A DNA stretch of 64,000 nt from the NCBI GenBank assembly GCA_951406725.2, contig OX597816.1, positions 176,018,001-176,082,000 of the forward strand, given 5' to 3'. The notes under the pieces are model-generated. The model was not told where the DNA came from. It did not search any database and saw nothing but the letters and a program-made list of their open reading frames with translations. The position numbers were made by a program, and so were the translations under genes. The DNA comes from Octopus vulgaris. Taxonomy: Eukaryota. Of the stretch, positions 1 through 11,819 are shown piece after piece (position 1 is the stretch's first letter; each line of letters opens with the position of its first letter).

Positions 1-97
1 ATAAATATAAAAAATGGAACAAAAATGCCATAGATGATAGAAAGGCAGACAGGGAAAACAACTATTAGAAGGACGAGTCATTATAGTGTGTGTGTGT

Positions 98-400
98 GAA
101 GGTATGTGGCTTAGTGGCTAGGGTATTTGGCTCACAATTGTAAGGCCGTGAGTTGAATTCCTGGCAACACTTGTTCTTGGGCAACATACTTTATTTCACA
201 TTGCTCCAGTCTGAGTAGTACCTGTATTTCAAAGGGCCAGCCTTGTCACACTTTGTGTCACAGTAAATCTCTCTAAGGACTATATTCAGGGTACACATGT
301 CTGTGGAGTACTCAGTCACATGCATGGTAATTTCATGAGCAGGCTGTTCCATTGATTTGATCAACTGGAACCTTCATCGTTGTAACTGAGAAAGTGCCAG
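98..400 (+). mobile_element. tRNA-derived SINE, family A (diverged copy)
   Basis: A-box TGGCTTAGTGG and B-box-like GAGTTGAATTCC at the 5' end; colinear with copies at 31042-31367(-) and 40772-41030(+). Confidence 0.8.
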
Positions 401-766
401 TAATATGTATGCTGTTTTTGTCCTGTTTACCATTCTTGTTTCTTATTTCTATTTCTTGTTTCTTGTATTTATATTCGTGTGGCATCCTGTCTTTGTTTCG
501 TATACATTCGATCCTCTTTCCAAGAAATCTAATGCCTATGGCTTAGTTTTTCCTTGGGGCTGGCCGGTTCGGAGCGATATCGAGATTAAACAGCCGAAAT
601 TGCTAAGATGATCCGGTTCCCGACTGAATATTAGAGGCTTCGAGTGGCCCATCTGTTTTTTTGGTGTCGTCTCTTTGTGTGCTTTTGCGTTCTTGTCCCA
701 CTTTGTAATTTATATTTTATATTTAATTTCTATGCATATATATATATATATGTATATGTGTATATT

Positions 767-986
767 GTTTTATTCTTTTACTTACTCTAGTCATTTGACT
801 TTGGCCATGCTAGAGCACCACTTTTAGTTGGACAAATCAACCCCAGGACTTATTCTTTGTAAGCATAGTACTTATTCTATCAGTTTCTTTTGCTGAACTG
901 CTAAGTTGCAGGGACGTAAACACCAACATTAGTTGTCAAGCGATGGGGTGGGGGGACAAACACAAGAAGACAAATACATACATACA

Positions 987-1033
<47 letters not shown>

Positions 1034-1186
1034 AGGCTTCATTCAGTTTTCGTCTACCAAATCCACTCACAAGGCTTTGGTTGGCCTGAGGCTATAGTAG
1101 AAGACATTTGCCCAAGGGGCCACAGAGTGGGACTGAACCCAGAACTATGTGGTTGGGGAGCAAACTTCTCACCACACAGCCACTCA
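767..1186 (-). mobile_element. tRNA-derived SINE, family B (internal (TA)n)
   Basis: Reverse strand reads GTGGCTGTGTGGT...GGTTCAGTCCC head, GTGAGTGGATTTGGTAGACG core, AGTAA-rich tail; matches 19507, 26126, 56301 copies. Confidence 0.85.
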
Positions 1187-1311
1187 TATATGTATTATAT
1201 ATACATGCATATGTAATATATATCTACACACACATACATATATATATATACTTACATATATATGTACGCGTATATTCATATGAATATAAGTAAATTCATA
1301 TGAATAAAAAC

Positions 1312-1641
<330 letters not shown>

Positions 1642-1701
1642 GTGTGTGTTTGTGTATGTGAGTGTATAAATATATATATATACATACATAGACATACATC
1701 A

Positions 1702-1910
1702 TCTATACTATAATAAAGAAAGCTGCTTATTCATATAAGTTTCAGTTTTAATATATTTTTTATCAAAATAACATTTGTATACATTATTTATCATTGAAGA
1801 TTCAAGCAGACTCTTCCCTCACAAAACTCATCTGTATTCACTGCAACATACATCTCTTTCTGTTGCTCTATTGAATTGTTTTTATTAAAATGTTTTTATT
1901 CCATATATCA

Positions 1911-1951
<41 letters not shown>

Positions 1952-2620
1952 TACTCACCAGTACACTCTCTACTGTCTATTCAACAATTTTCATTAAAAA
2001 TATATTGTTACAATGTTTTTCCTAGAGATACACAAAGATTATTTATGAATATTTTTACACTATATTTATCATGTTAAAATTATGTTGCACATGTCAGACA
2101 ATAATTGCAAAAAAAGACAGTGCTACTTTGGTGTGTAAGCTGCACATTAAACGTTACTTTTTAGTTTACTTTTCAATTTCTAAATACTTTTTATAAATTC
2201 CTTTGTACCTACTCAGCATTGTAAATGTGTTTTTTCAAAATTCTTACTTTTCTAATAATAATAAAACCATGTTTCATTTATATTTATTTTTATTTTTTAT
2301 TTTATCGAGCAGATCACACAAGTTTGGTAGCCATGAGTTTTGCAATGTAAAGTTGGCAAAATTTCACCGTTCCCCCCTTGTCTTCGAGCTTCTTTCATTT
2401 CTCCACCTCACCGATGACATGGTGCAACGTTTTCTTTGTCATCTAAAAGTCCATTTTTTTTGTAAAAATGCAACTACCTTCGTCTCGTCACTGATCACAT
2501 TGTAAAATTCTTTTACCAATATGTTAAGGGTTTTTACTCATTGAACAGTAAATTAAAAAGTAATCTTAAGTAATCTCCCTTTAAATTATAGATCACATGC
2601 CAAAGTAGCACTAAAAAGAC
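1702..2620 (+). mobile_element. possible old non-autonomous Helitron
   Basis: A|TCTATACTATAATAAAG start is typical of Helitron 5' ends; 3' hairpin/CTAG end is only a degenerate candidate near 2595-2620. Confidence 0.3.
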
Positions 2621-2642
2621 AATATATGCATATGTAAGTACA

Positions 2643-2684
<42 letters not shown>

Positions 2685-2736
2685 GATCATCATCATCGTT
2701 TAACGTCTGCTTTCCATGCTAGCATGATATATATAT

Positions 2737-2775
<39 letters not shown>

Positions 2776-2826
2776 AAATATTAATATACTATAATATAAT
2801 ATATATATATATATTATATAATATAT

Positions 2827-5283
2827 GTATCAGACAGCAAGAAGGGAAGCTAGGAGACAGGTTTATTTAGGCAGAGGGGAAGCGGATAAGAAAAAATTTG
2901 CCAATGTTCTGCGCTGTGAGGATGAAAGACTTGAGGTATTTCGTGTTGCAAGACAGTGTGTGAGAGAGAATCGTGATGTGATAGGAGAGAAGTGTGTTCG
3001 CATGAATGATGGTTCACTTGCGCTAAATGAGGATGCAAAGAGAGAGGTTTGGAGATGCCACTATGAAAGGTTGCTGAATAAGGAAAATGAACGGGATAAA
3101 GAGAGTCTGCCAAATGTCAACCCAACAGAGGGACCAGCCATCCGAGTTGAAAATTCTTTGGTAGTTAAAGCAATTAGAAGCACGAAGACAGGGAAAGCCC
3201 CAGGCCCATCAGGAATTACTGCAGAGATGCTCAAATTATCTGGCAGTGTCGGCTATAACCTAGTCACCTGTATAGTCAACCAGGTGATACACGAAGGAGT
3301 CATACCCAATGACTGGTGTAGCAGCATACTAGTCAACTGCTACAAAGGTAAAGGTGATGCCCTAGATACAAATAATTACAGAGGTATCAAGCTGTTGGAT
3401 CAGGTAATGAAGGTTACGGAGAGGGTCATCACCCAACTAATTAGAGAGAGTTAGTTTAGATGAGATGCAGTTTGGGTTTGTGCCAGGGAAAAGTACCACT
3501 GATGCTATATTCCTGGTAAGGCAGCTGCAGGAAAAATACCTAGCCAAAGATAAGCCCCTGTACCTGGCTTTAGTTGACATGGAGAAAGCCTTTGATAGGG
3601 TCCCCCGATCCCTTATCTGGTGGTCAATGAGAAAACTAGGGATAGATGAATGGCTGGTGAGGGCTGTGCAAGCCATGTACAGAGATGCCGTAAGTAAGGT
3701 TAGGGTTGGCAACATGTACACAGAAGAATTCAAAGTAGAGGTTGGGGTCCACCAGGGTTCAGTACTGAGCCCCCTCCTATTTATCATAGTCCTCCAGGCA
3801 ATTACGGAGGAATTCAAGACAGGTTGCCCCTGACGACCTTGCTCTAATTGCTGAGTCACTATCAGAACTGGAAGAGAAGTTCCAGGTGTGGAAGGAGGGT
3901 TTAGAATCGAGGGGCCTTAGAGTCAACCTAGCTAAAACCAAAGTACTAATAAGTAGGAAGGTAGACAATCCACAAATGTCTTCAGGAAGATGGCCCTGCT
4001 CGATCTGTAGAAAAGGTGTAGGTAGAAACTCTATAAGATGTACCCAGTGTAAGCTATGGACACATAAGAGGTGCAGCAATGTCAAAGGTAGGCTAACTGG
4101 GAAGATAGTTTTTGTATGTGGCAGATGCTCGGGAGCATTGACCTCCGAAAATCTGCAGAAAACAACTTCCGTCACTTTCCAGGGGGAAAAACTAGAAGTA
4201 GTTGATAGCTTCCGTTATCTAGGTGACCAAGTCAGTAGTGGGGGTGGGTGCGCTGAAAGTGTAACTGCTAGAATAAGAATAGCCTGGGCAAAGTTTAGGG
4301 AGCTCTTACCTCTGCTGGTGACTAAAGGCCTCTCGCTCAGAATAAAAGGCAGACTGTATGATGCATGTGTACGAATAACCATGCTACATGGCAGTGAAAC
4401 AATGGCCGTGACTGCTGAGGACATGCGTAAGCTCGTGAGGAATGAAGCCAGTATGCTCCGATGGATGTGTAATGTCAGTGTACTTACTCGACAGAGCGTT
4501 AGTACCTTGAGAGAAATGTTGTACCTAAGAAGCATCAGTTGTGGTGTGCAAGAGAGACGATTGCGCTGATATGGTCATGTGGCAAGAATGGATGAAGATA
4601 GGTGTGTGAGAAAGTGCCAATCCCTAGCAGTTGAGGAAACCCGTGGAAGAGGTAGACCCAAGAAAACCTGGGATGAGGTGGTGAAGCACGACCTTCGAAC
4701 TTTAGGTCTCACCGAGGCAATGACCAGCGACTGAGACCTTTGGAAATATGCTGTACGTGAGAAGCCAGGCAGGACAAGTGAGCCCAGCCCACTTATGAAT
4801 GCCTTTCCTCCCTTGGACACAAAGACCTGTTGAGGCAAGCGAAGTCGATATAGAACCTCATCCGACGACAGGCACCCATGCCAACCCCCTTGCTTGCGAA
4901 GACATGTTGGGGCAAGCGAAAGCGAAATCGAATTGAACCAGCCAGGATCCCTGGTCTGGTGGTACATAAAAAGCACTATCCGACTCGTGGCCGATGCCAG
5001 CGCCGCCTCTACTGGCTTCCGTGCCGGTGGCACATAAAATACACCAATCCGACCGTGGCCGTTGCCAGCCTCGCCTGGCACCTGTGCAGGTGGCACGTAA
5101 AAAGCACCCACTACACTCACGGAGTGGTTGGCGTTAGGAAGGGCATCCAGCTGTAGAAACATTGCCAGATAAGACTGGAGCCTGGTGCAGCCTCCTGGCT
5201 TCCCAGATCCCCGGTCGAACTGTCCAACCCATGCTAGCATGGAGAACGGACGTTAAACGATGATGATGATGATGATGATGATG
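2827..5283 (+). mobile_element. 5'-truncated RTE-clade (RTE-X-like) LINE with 3'UTR and (GAT)n tail
   Basis: Frameshifted RT fragments 2825-3454, 3465-3833, 3886-4569 (KAPGPSGI, NYRGIKLL, QFGF, DMEKAFD, GVHQGSVLSP, YLG); Cys/His finger CSIC..CTQC..HKRC; tail GGACGTTAAACGATGATGATG. Confidence 0.92.
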
Positions 5284-5785
5284 ATATTATACAATATATA
5301 TATATATTATAGAATATATATATATATATTATATTATAGTATATTAATATTTAACAGAAGCATATATAATAATAACAGCAATTAATACAAAATGCTAACT
5401 CTTTCACTTCTGCTAATAAAAATATACATTGATTCATATTTTTTTCCTGTTTGCAACACCAAACCTCTCTCTCTCTCTCACTCTCTGTCTACACACACAT
5501 ATATACGTATGTATGTATGTATGTATGTATGTATGTATGTATGTATGTATGTATGTATGTATGTATGTATGTATGTATGTATGTATACAGGTTTGCAACA
5601 CGAAACCTATGTGCGCGCGCGCGCGTGTGTGTGCGCGTGCGTGTGTGTGTGCGTGTGTGCGTGTGTGTGTGTGTGTGTGGTCAATCCAAAAAAAGAAGCA
5701 CAGAACATTAACGTAACTAAGTTTATGTCCAATCATTGAGTGACCAATAGTTTTGCAGAAATAGTTTTTGAATAACTAGTCTGAG

Positions 5786-6084
5786 GTTATCTCCCTTGGA
5801 CCAGTCTTTTTAATTCAAAAAAGGGGGAACAAGGAATTTGTTCCAGGAACTTCTTATGGATCAAAAGGACTCTGCAATTAAACCTGGAAGTGTCCTTACG
5901 ATCCATAAACAGCCCAAAGGATAAATCCCTTGTTTCCTTTCTTTTAGCCCACAACTGGTCTAAGGATCGTAAGGACCCTTCTGATTAAGCTCAGAAAGGT
6001 CCTTATGATCGTAAGCAGCCCAAAGGATAAACCCCTTGTTACACCGCTTTTGGATCCCCCAAAAACTAGTCTAAGGGAAATAAC
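5786..6084. mobile_element. MITE-like element with ~25-bp imperfect TIRs
   Basis: GTTATCTCCCTTGGACCAGT...ACTAGTCTAAGGGAAATAAC; internal duplicated unit and hairpins; no clear TSD. Confidence 0.55.
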
Positions 6085-6179
6085 ACGTACCCACTGACCC
6101 CGGTTTGGTGAAAACTAACCAAGTGGCCGTAATAGATTCCTGCCTCCTTGGGGTGAAGAAGTACATTTGTCTTTGGCTT

Positions 6180-6243
6180 TAGAGTCTGACGAGACGTTTG
6201 CGTGACCAAGGCCTTTGTGGATGCGAAACCGTTGGTCATTCTA
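6180..6243 (+). ncRNA. type I hammerhead ribozyme in an orphan Penelope-type pseudo-LTR
   Basis: Stem I TAGAGT/ATTCTA, core CTGACGA (6186-6192), GU-rich stem II, GAAAC (6225-6229), stem III ACC-GTT-GGT, cleavage triplet GTC (6235-6237). Confidence 0.8.
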
Positions 6244-6416
6244 TGATAAAGATTCTGTATGTGTATTCATGGGTTGCAAAATGACTCTCCCTAGACATAA
6301 CAATACACACACACACACACACACACACGTGCGCGCATGCGCATATATGTGTTTATTTATGTATATATTTTACATAAGTGTACATCCTTCTGTGTGTGTG
6401 TCTGTGTGTCTGTGTA

Positions 6417-6882
<466 letters not shown>

Positions 6883-7713
6883 CACATACATATATAACTC
6901 ACACTGCATTATATCATTTTATTCTTTTCTTTTGCATGTCTTTTAACATCGTTGTAAAATATATTAAGAACGTTTTTGTTGTATGTATGCAAGTATATAT
7001 ATTTGTATATTCATATACAGACATACTTATGTCTACATACATAGACATGAATTCATGCACATAAGAATAAGCACATTTGAATCTTTTCCTTTTCAACGGC
7101 ACACAATTTCTAGGTAACTAAACACTTTTAAACTTCGTATACAGGTAGAATTTGTCAAAATAAAACATTTTTTTTTCTCTTGGCTTTCTTGATGAAATTG
7201 TAATTCGTTTGTTTAACGTAGTTTAATTTTTCGAATTTTAACCAATGAATTGCCTCTAATTTAGCTAAAATCATTTGCTGCGTCTAAAACTGAGACAACA
7301 TCCTGTCACTAACCCTAAACCTCACCCTAACCCTAAATTTTTTTTTCTTAATTGTTACGAAAGCAATGGAAAATAATTTCAACAATTAACAAACAAAATA
7401 ATTCTATAATTTTATACACACGCTTTCCGTATACGTACGGAAAGCGTGTGTATAAAATTTCCGTATACGTACGGAAAGCGTGTGTATAAAATTATAGAAT
7501 TATTTTGTTTGTTAATTGTTGAAATTATTTTCCATTGCTTTCGTTTTTTTTTTACACGCGTAACAATTAAATTAATTTAACAATTAAGAAAAAAAAAATA
7601 GGGTTAGGGTTAGGGTGAGGTTTAGTTAGTTAGGTTAGTTAGTTAGTTAATTTGGCTCAAAAGCAAATAGCAAGGCCATGTAGGGGGACATGGAGTTAAG
7701 TACAGGGTGGTGT

Positions 7714-10579
7714 TCATGTAAAGAGTTCAGGCCACTTGAGGTCAAGGGAGGCTTTGAACAAAGCGGTCGTCGGCATCTTCACCATCTCGTCTGGCAGCTT
7801 GTTCCACGGATCCGCAACCCGGACGGAGAAAGCTCCTCTCCTTCGATTGAGATGAAATCGTCGCAGGTAGAGCTTTTCGGAATGACCCCGCAGCCGACGC
7901 TCCGGAGCAGGAGTGAAGAACAGCTCTTTCGAGAGGTTACACTTCCCGCTTATGATGTTATGGGCGAGAATGAGATCACCACGGCGGCGGCGTTTTTCAA
8001 GAGAACAAAGGTCGAGCGTCCTCAGCCTTTCTTCGTAGGACAAATTTTTGAGACCATGAACCATGCGGGTAGCCAGCCTCTGGACTCTTTCGAGGTGCTG
8101 TATGTCTTTGAGGAGATAAGGAGAAGAGGCTTGAATCCCATACTCCAATATGGGTCTCACCAGCGTGACATAGAGTGGCAGGAATATGGCTGCTGTGAGC
8201 ATTCCGAATGACCGTCGAATCAAAAACAGAATTCCGCGCGCTTTGTTGGCAGCATGGACGCACTGGGCCGAAGGCGAAAAGGAGGAATCCACCAAGATAC
8301 CCAGGTCCTTTACCTGATCGGTCCTCTCCAGCAGCAGACGACCCGGCTCGAAATCAAGTTGAGTTGCAGGAGTAGAGCCGACAGGCAGATGACAGCACTT
8401 TGACACGTTCAGACACAGGTCCCAATCGTTAGACCACTTCCAAATTTGGTGGAGGCATCGACGAAGATCCTCTATACTACCGCGAGGAGCGACCAGTTTG
8501 ATATCGTCGGCAAATAGAAGGGTGTGTTGCGTGAGGTCGTCGGGCAAGTCATTTATGAAGACTAAGAACAACAAGGGCCCAAGCACTGAACCTTGAGGCA
8601 CGCCACTGCTCGCACTGGAGACGTCGGACCGCGAACCATTAACTTGAACTTGGAATGAGCGATCTGAGAGGAAGGCACCAACCCATCGTACAATATCCGG
8701 ATGGAAACTATATGCTTGAAGCTTGACAAGTAGTAGGCGGTGGTTTACCGAGTCAAAAGCTTTGGCAAAGTCCAATAAAACGATGTCAACAGCATCACTA
8801 TCATCGAGGATGCGCGTCACCAATTCTTCCATTACTAGTAAGTTGGTCAAGCATGATCTCTTCGGCACGAAGCCGTGTTGGGAATCAGTGATCGAGGCTG
8901 TGTTTAGGAGGTGGAGCATCATACTTTTCTTAAGGATGGTTTCGAACATCTTGCTGATTATTGATGTAAGGGAAACCGGTCGGTAGTTAAGCGGGTCTTC
9001 GCGGCTCCCTTTCTTGAAAATTGGGCAGATTATCGCTGTTCTCCAGTCTGCAGGTATAACACCCGTCGCCAATGATATATTGAATAGTCGTGTTAAGGGC
9101 TCGCAGATGACCGGAGCCAACGCTTTGATAACCCGTGGGTGTATGCCGTCAGGGCCGTGACCCTTGTTGACATCGAGGCCTTGAATAACACGTTTGACTT
9201 GGTCCCGCGTGATGATCAATCGAAGCATTGGAGGTACCGATCTATCAAATGGAGGGGGTTCACGACCATCATCTTGTTTGAAAATAGTTGAAAAAGCCTC
9301 GGCAAATAATTGACTCTGTTGATAAGGGTCCTCAATCGATACGCCTGTTGAGTCTACCAACGTTGCAATCTGGTTGTTCAAGCGGGAATTCCGCTGGACA
9401 TGGGCAAAGAAGGTTTTTGGATTGCTACTGGCATTTGCCGCGATTTTGTATTCATAACTGAAGCGTTCTTTCTTTTCAATTTTCACGGCTCGGTCTCGTT
9501 GAGTTTTGTACACCTCAAAAGCTGCAGTCGAATCCAGATTTTTGAATTCAGCCCAAGCAATATCTCTGAGTCGACGTTCTCGTTTAACCTTCTTCGTCAC
9601 CCAGGGCTTGTGTTTCTTCCTCTTGGGAAGTCCAACGGGAACTGCCTGGTCAGTCAAACAGATTACATATGCTTTGAGGGATGACCATAGTTCGTCAACT
9701 GAGGACAACGTCATCAGGGAACGCCAGTCCAGAAGCACGGAAGCCTCGGTTAGAATTTCAAGATTAATTGCAGAGAAGACTACGTGGCAAGAGGGGCGCA
9801 CACAGATACGTCTGACACTGATCTTGGATAGCGGGAGAATACCAGATCTTGGATAGCGGGAGAATACCAGATCTTGGATAGCGGGAGAATACCAGATCTA
9901 GCATAGATGGCTGCTGCCCAGACCGATGCCTTGTCGGATATTCAACATGTTGCGATAGAAAACAATCTTCAGCCACGTCAAGAAGGGCCTGGCCGAACCG
10001 GGAAGATGTTGTACAAATTGATGCGGGCCAATCGATCGTGGGAGCGTTGAAGTCGCCTAGTACCAATCAGTCATGCGAAGCTGAAACGAATCTTATCGCT
10101 TCGAGTAGATGAGCATCGTCCTGGGGGTCGGCTAGAGGCGGCCTGTAGACAGCCAACACGGGCAGGCAAAACTCAGATAGGCTCAGCTTGCAATAGACGG
10201 CATCGAATTTGGTTGTAGGTTGAGCATTTGTGGGTAGAATACCGCAGGACGGTTTGTGCTCAGACTTAACATACACAGCAACACCTCCACCTCGCCTTTT
10301 TCCTCTGTCACATCTGAAAAGGACGTAGCCCTGCAGGTGGATCTCTGAGTCCTTTACTGCTGGAGTCAGCCAAGTCTCGGTGATAGCTATCACATCAGGG
10401 GAGTCGCGTAGGGCCAGTGTAAATAGTTCACTGAACTTTGGGAATAAGGAGCACGAGTTGGTGTAGACGATGCTGAGCTGTAAAGTCTGAGGGGCGGGAG
10501 TTGGGGAACAAGCAGAATAAAGGGCATCAGAGATAGCATCGTTGACGGGGTTATCAACTTCACTTCGATTTGCCCTCAC
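7714..10579 (-). pseudogene. CR1 ORF2 (APE endonuclease + reverse transcriptase), disrupted
   Basis: In-frame stop at 10067, 25-bp triplication at 9820-9894 plus a deletion; the RT portion is open for 695 aa. Confidence 0.9.
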
Positions 10580-11307
10580 ATCACTTTCCCTGTCAGCACT
10601 ACAGCATGGGACCAGAGGTAGGACTTGATTATCTGTCCATCTTGGATTCGTAAACCCTTCTCTCCCATTTGTTTCCTCATCTTTAGCTCGGATATCAGGT
10701 TCCTCCGGCGAATTCTCTCTCTTAGTGAGTATTCCTCGCGAAAACCCATATTGGGGTCCTCCCAGGCATGCGTCTGAGCTCTGTTCAGAAAGACTGAAGC
10801 CTCCCGATCAGAAGAAAAGATTACCCTTATTGGGCGTGGTCTAGTATCTGCGGTTGGGTTCGCTTGGAATCTTCCTAGCCGAGCGACCTTAAGAACACTG
10901 ACATTTTCGTTCACAGAGAACAATTTTCCAACCAAAACGGAAACAAAATTAATGTCATCTTTTAGGCGGTTTATGCCTGTATCACAGGTGGATTCAGCCT
11001 TGCCATATATTATTGCCGATCTTGAGTGGGCAAAAAGTTCTCTACTATGAGCTGCGGTATTCGATTCTTCATTGGAGGATTTCGAAAGGGTGGTTTCATA
11101 GCCATCGGACTTATGTCGGCCTGTGGGGTCGATCGGAATGGATTTAGTGGTCATAATTTTCCCGCCTGGTTTGGAACTGCACTGCCTCTTCTTCGGTTTG
11201 GGGGAGCACCACTCCCCAGATAAACCCACATCGAGATCGTTCAGAATTGGTTGAGCAATGGCATTAATGGGAAGGACAAGTGAAGGAGAATCAGGTTTCA
11301 TAGCCAA
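10576..11307 (-). CDS. CR1 ORF1 C-terminal part
   Basis: 243-aa ORF directly upstream of the APE domain, with IIYG..E / RLG / RPRPIRV motifs seen in CR1/L2 ORF1 proteins. Confidence 0.7.
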   Translation of the reverse strand: MAMKPDSPSLVLPINAIAQPILNDLDVGLSGEWCSPKPKKRQCSSKPGGKIMTTKSIPIDPTGRHKSDGYETTLSKSSNEESNTAAHSRELFAHSRSAIIYGKAESTCDTGINRLKDDINFVSVLVGKLFSVNENVSVLKVARLGRFQANPTADTRPRPIRVIFSSDREASVFLNRAQTHAWEDPNMGFREEYSLRERIRRRNLISELKMRKQMGEKGLRIQDGQIIKSYLWSHAVVLTGKVM

Positions 11308-11764
11308 ATCTGCCCCTCTGGAGTTTTAGGGTTAGTGACAGGATGTTGTCTCAGTTTTAGACGCAGCAAATAATTTTAGCTCAATGGAGGTAATCGATTG
11401 GTTAAAATTGCCGAAATGCTCGAAATTTCAGACGATATATCTTACAAACTATAGAATTTTCTCAATAAAACCAAGAGAAAATGATGTTTTATAAACACAT
11501 TCTACCAGTATACGAAGTTTAAAACTTTTTAGTTACCTAGAAATTATGTTACAAACTGCCGTTCAAAAGGAAAAGATCCACACATTTAAATATACACAAA
11601 CACCCTCATACATACATTCACATACACGTGAACGCACCCCCCCCAAATATATATGCAATATCCCTTTGATGAATTTTAAGCCAAATTAAAATTTATATAT
11701 GAATCCCCATAGTCATACAAACATATTTCTGTATAGATATTTATATAATGTACTCTTATACAGA

Positions 11765-11813
<49 letters not shown>

Positions 11814-11819
<6 letters not shown>

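Larger units (their letters stand above)
7626..11324 (-). mobile_element. CR1-clade LINE, 5'-truncated within ORF1, (TAAC)n tail
   Basis: ORF1 10576-11307 (RLG..RPRPIRV); APE endonuclease (ITETWL, GGGV, YRPP, GDFN, LDL); RT 7714-9801 (NYRPVSLTS, DFAKAFD, GVPQGSVLGP, FADD, LRGH..KL); short TSD TTTAG. Confidence 0.95.
7079..11579. mobile_element. foldback (long-TIR) non-autonomous DNA element containing TTAGGG-like repeats, interrupted by a CR1 LINE
   Basis: Ends GAATCTTTTCCTTTTCAACGGCA / TGCCGTTCAAAAGGAAAAGATCC; 8-bp TSD GCACATTT (7071-7078) / ACACATTT (11580-11587); arms 7079-7335 vs 7600-7625 plus 11325-11579; palindromic centre. Confidence 0.85.

Noticed and set aside
7308-7335. Telomere or chromosome-fusion relic
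   Set aside because: Only a few degenerate units, symmetric within the arms of a TSD-flanked foldback element
7690-9856. Plus-strand ORFs 7690-8211, 8723-8986, 9506-9856
   Set aside because: Antisense shadows of CR1 ORF2
9820-9894. Short direct repeats resembling a CRISPR array (also 18-bp repeats at 51576-51632)
   Set aside because: Head-to-tail with no spacers, inside retroelement coding sequence, eukaryotic context
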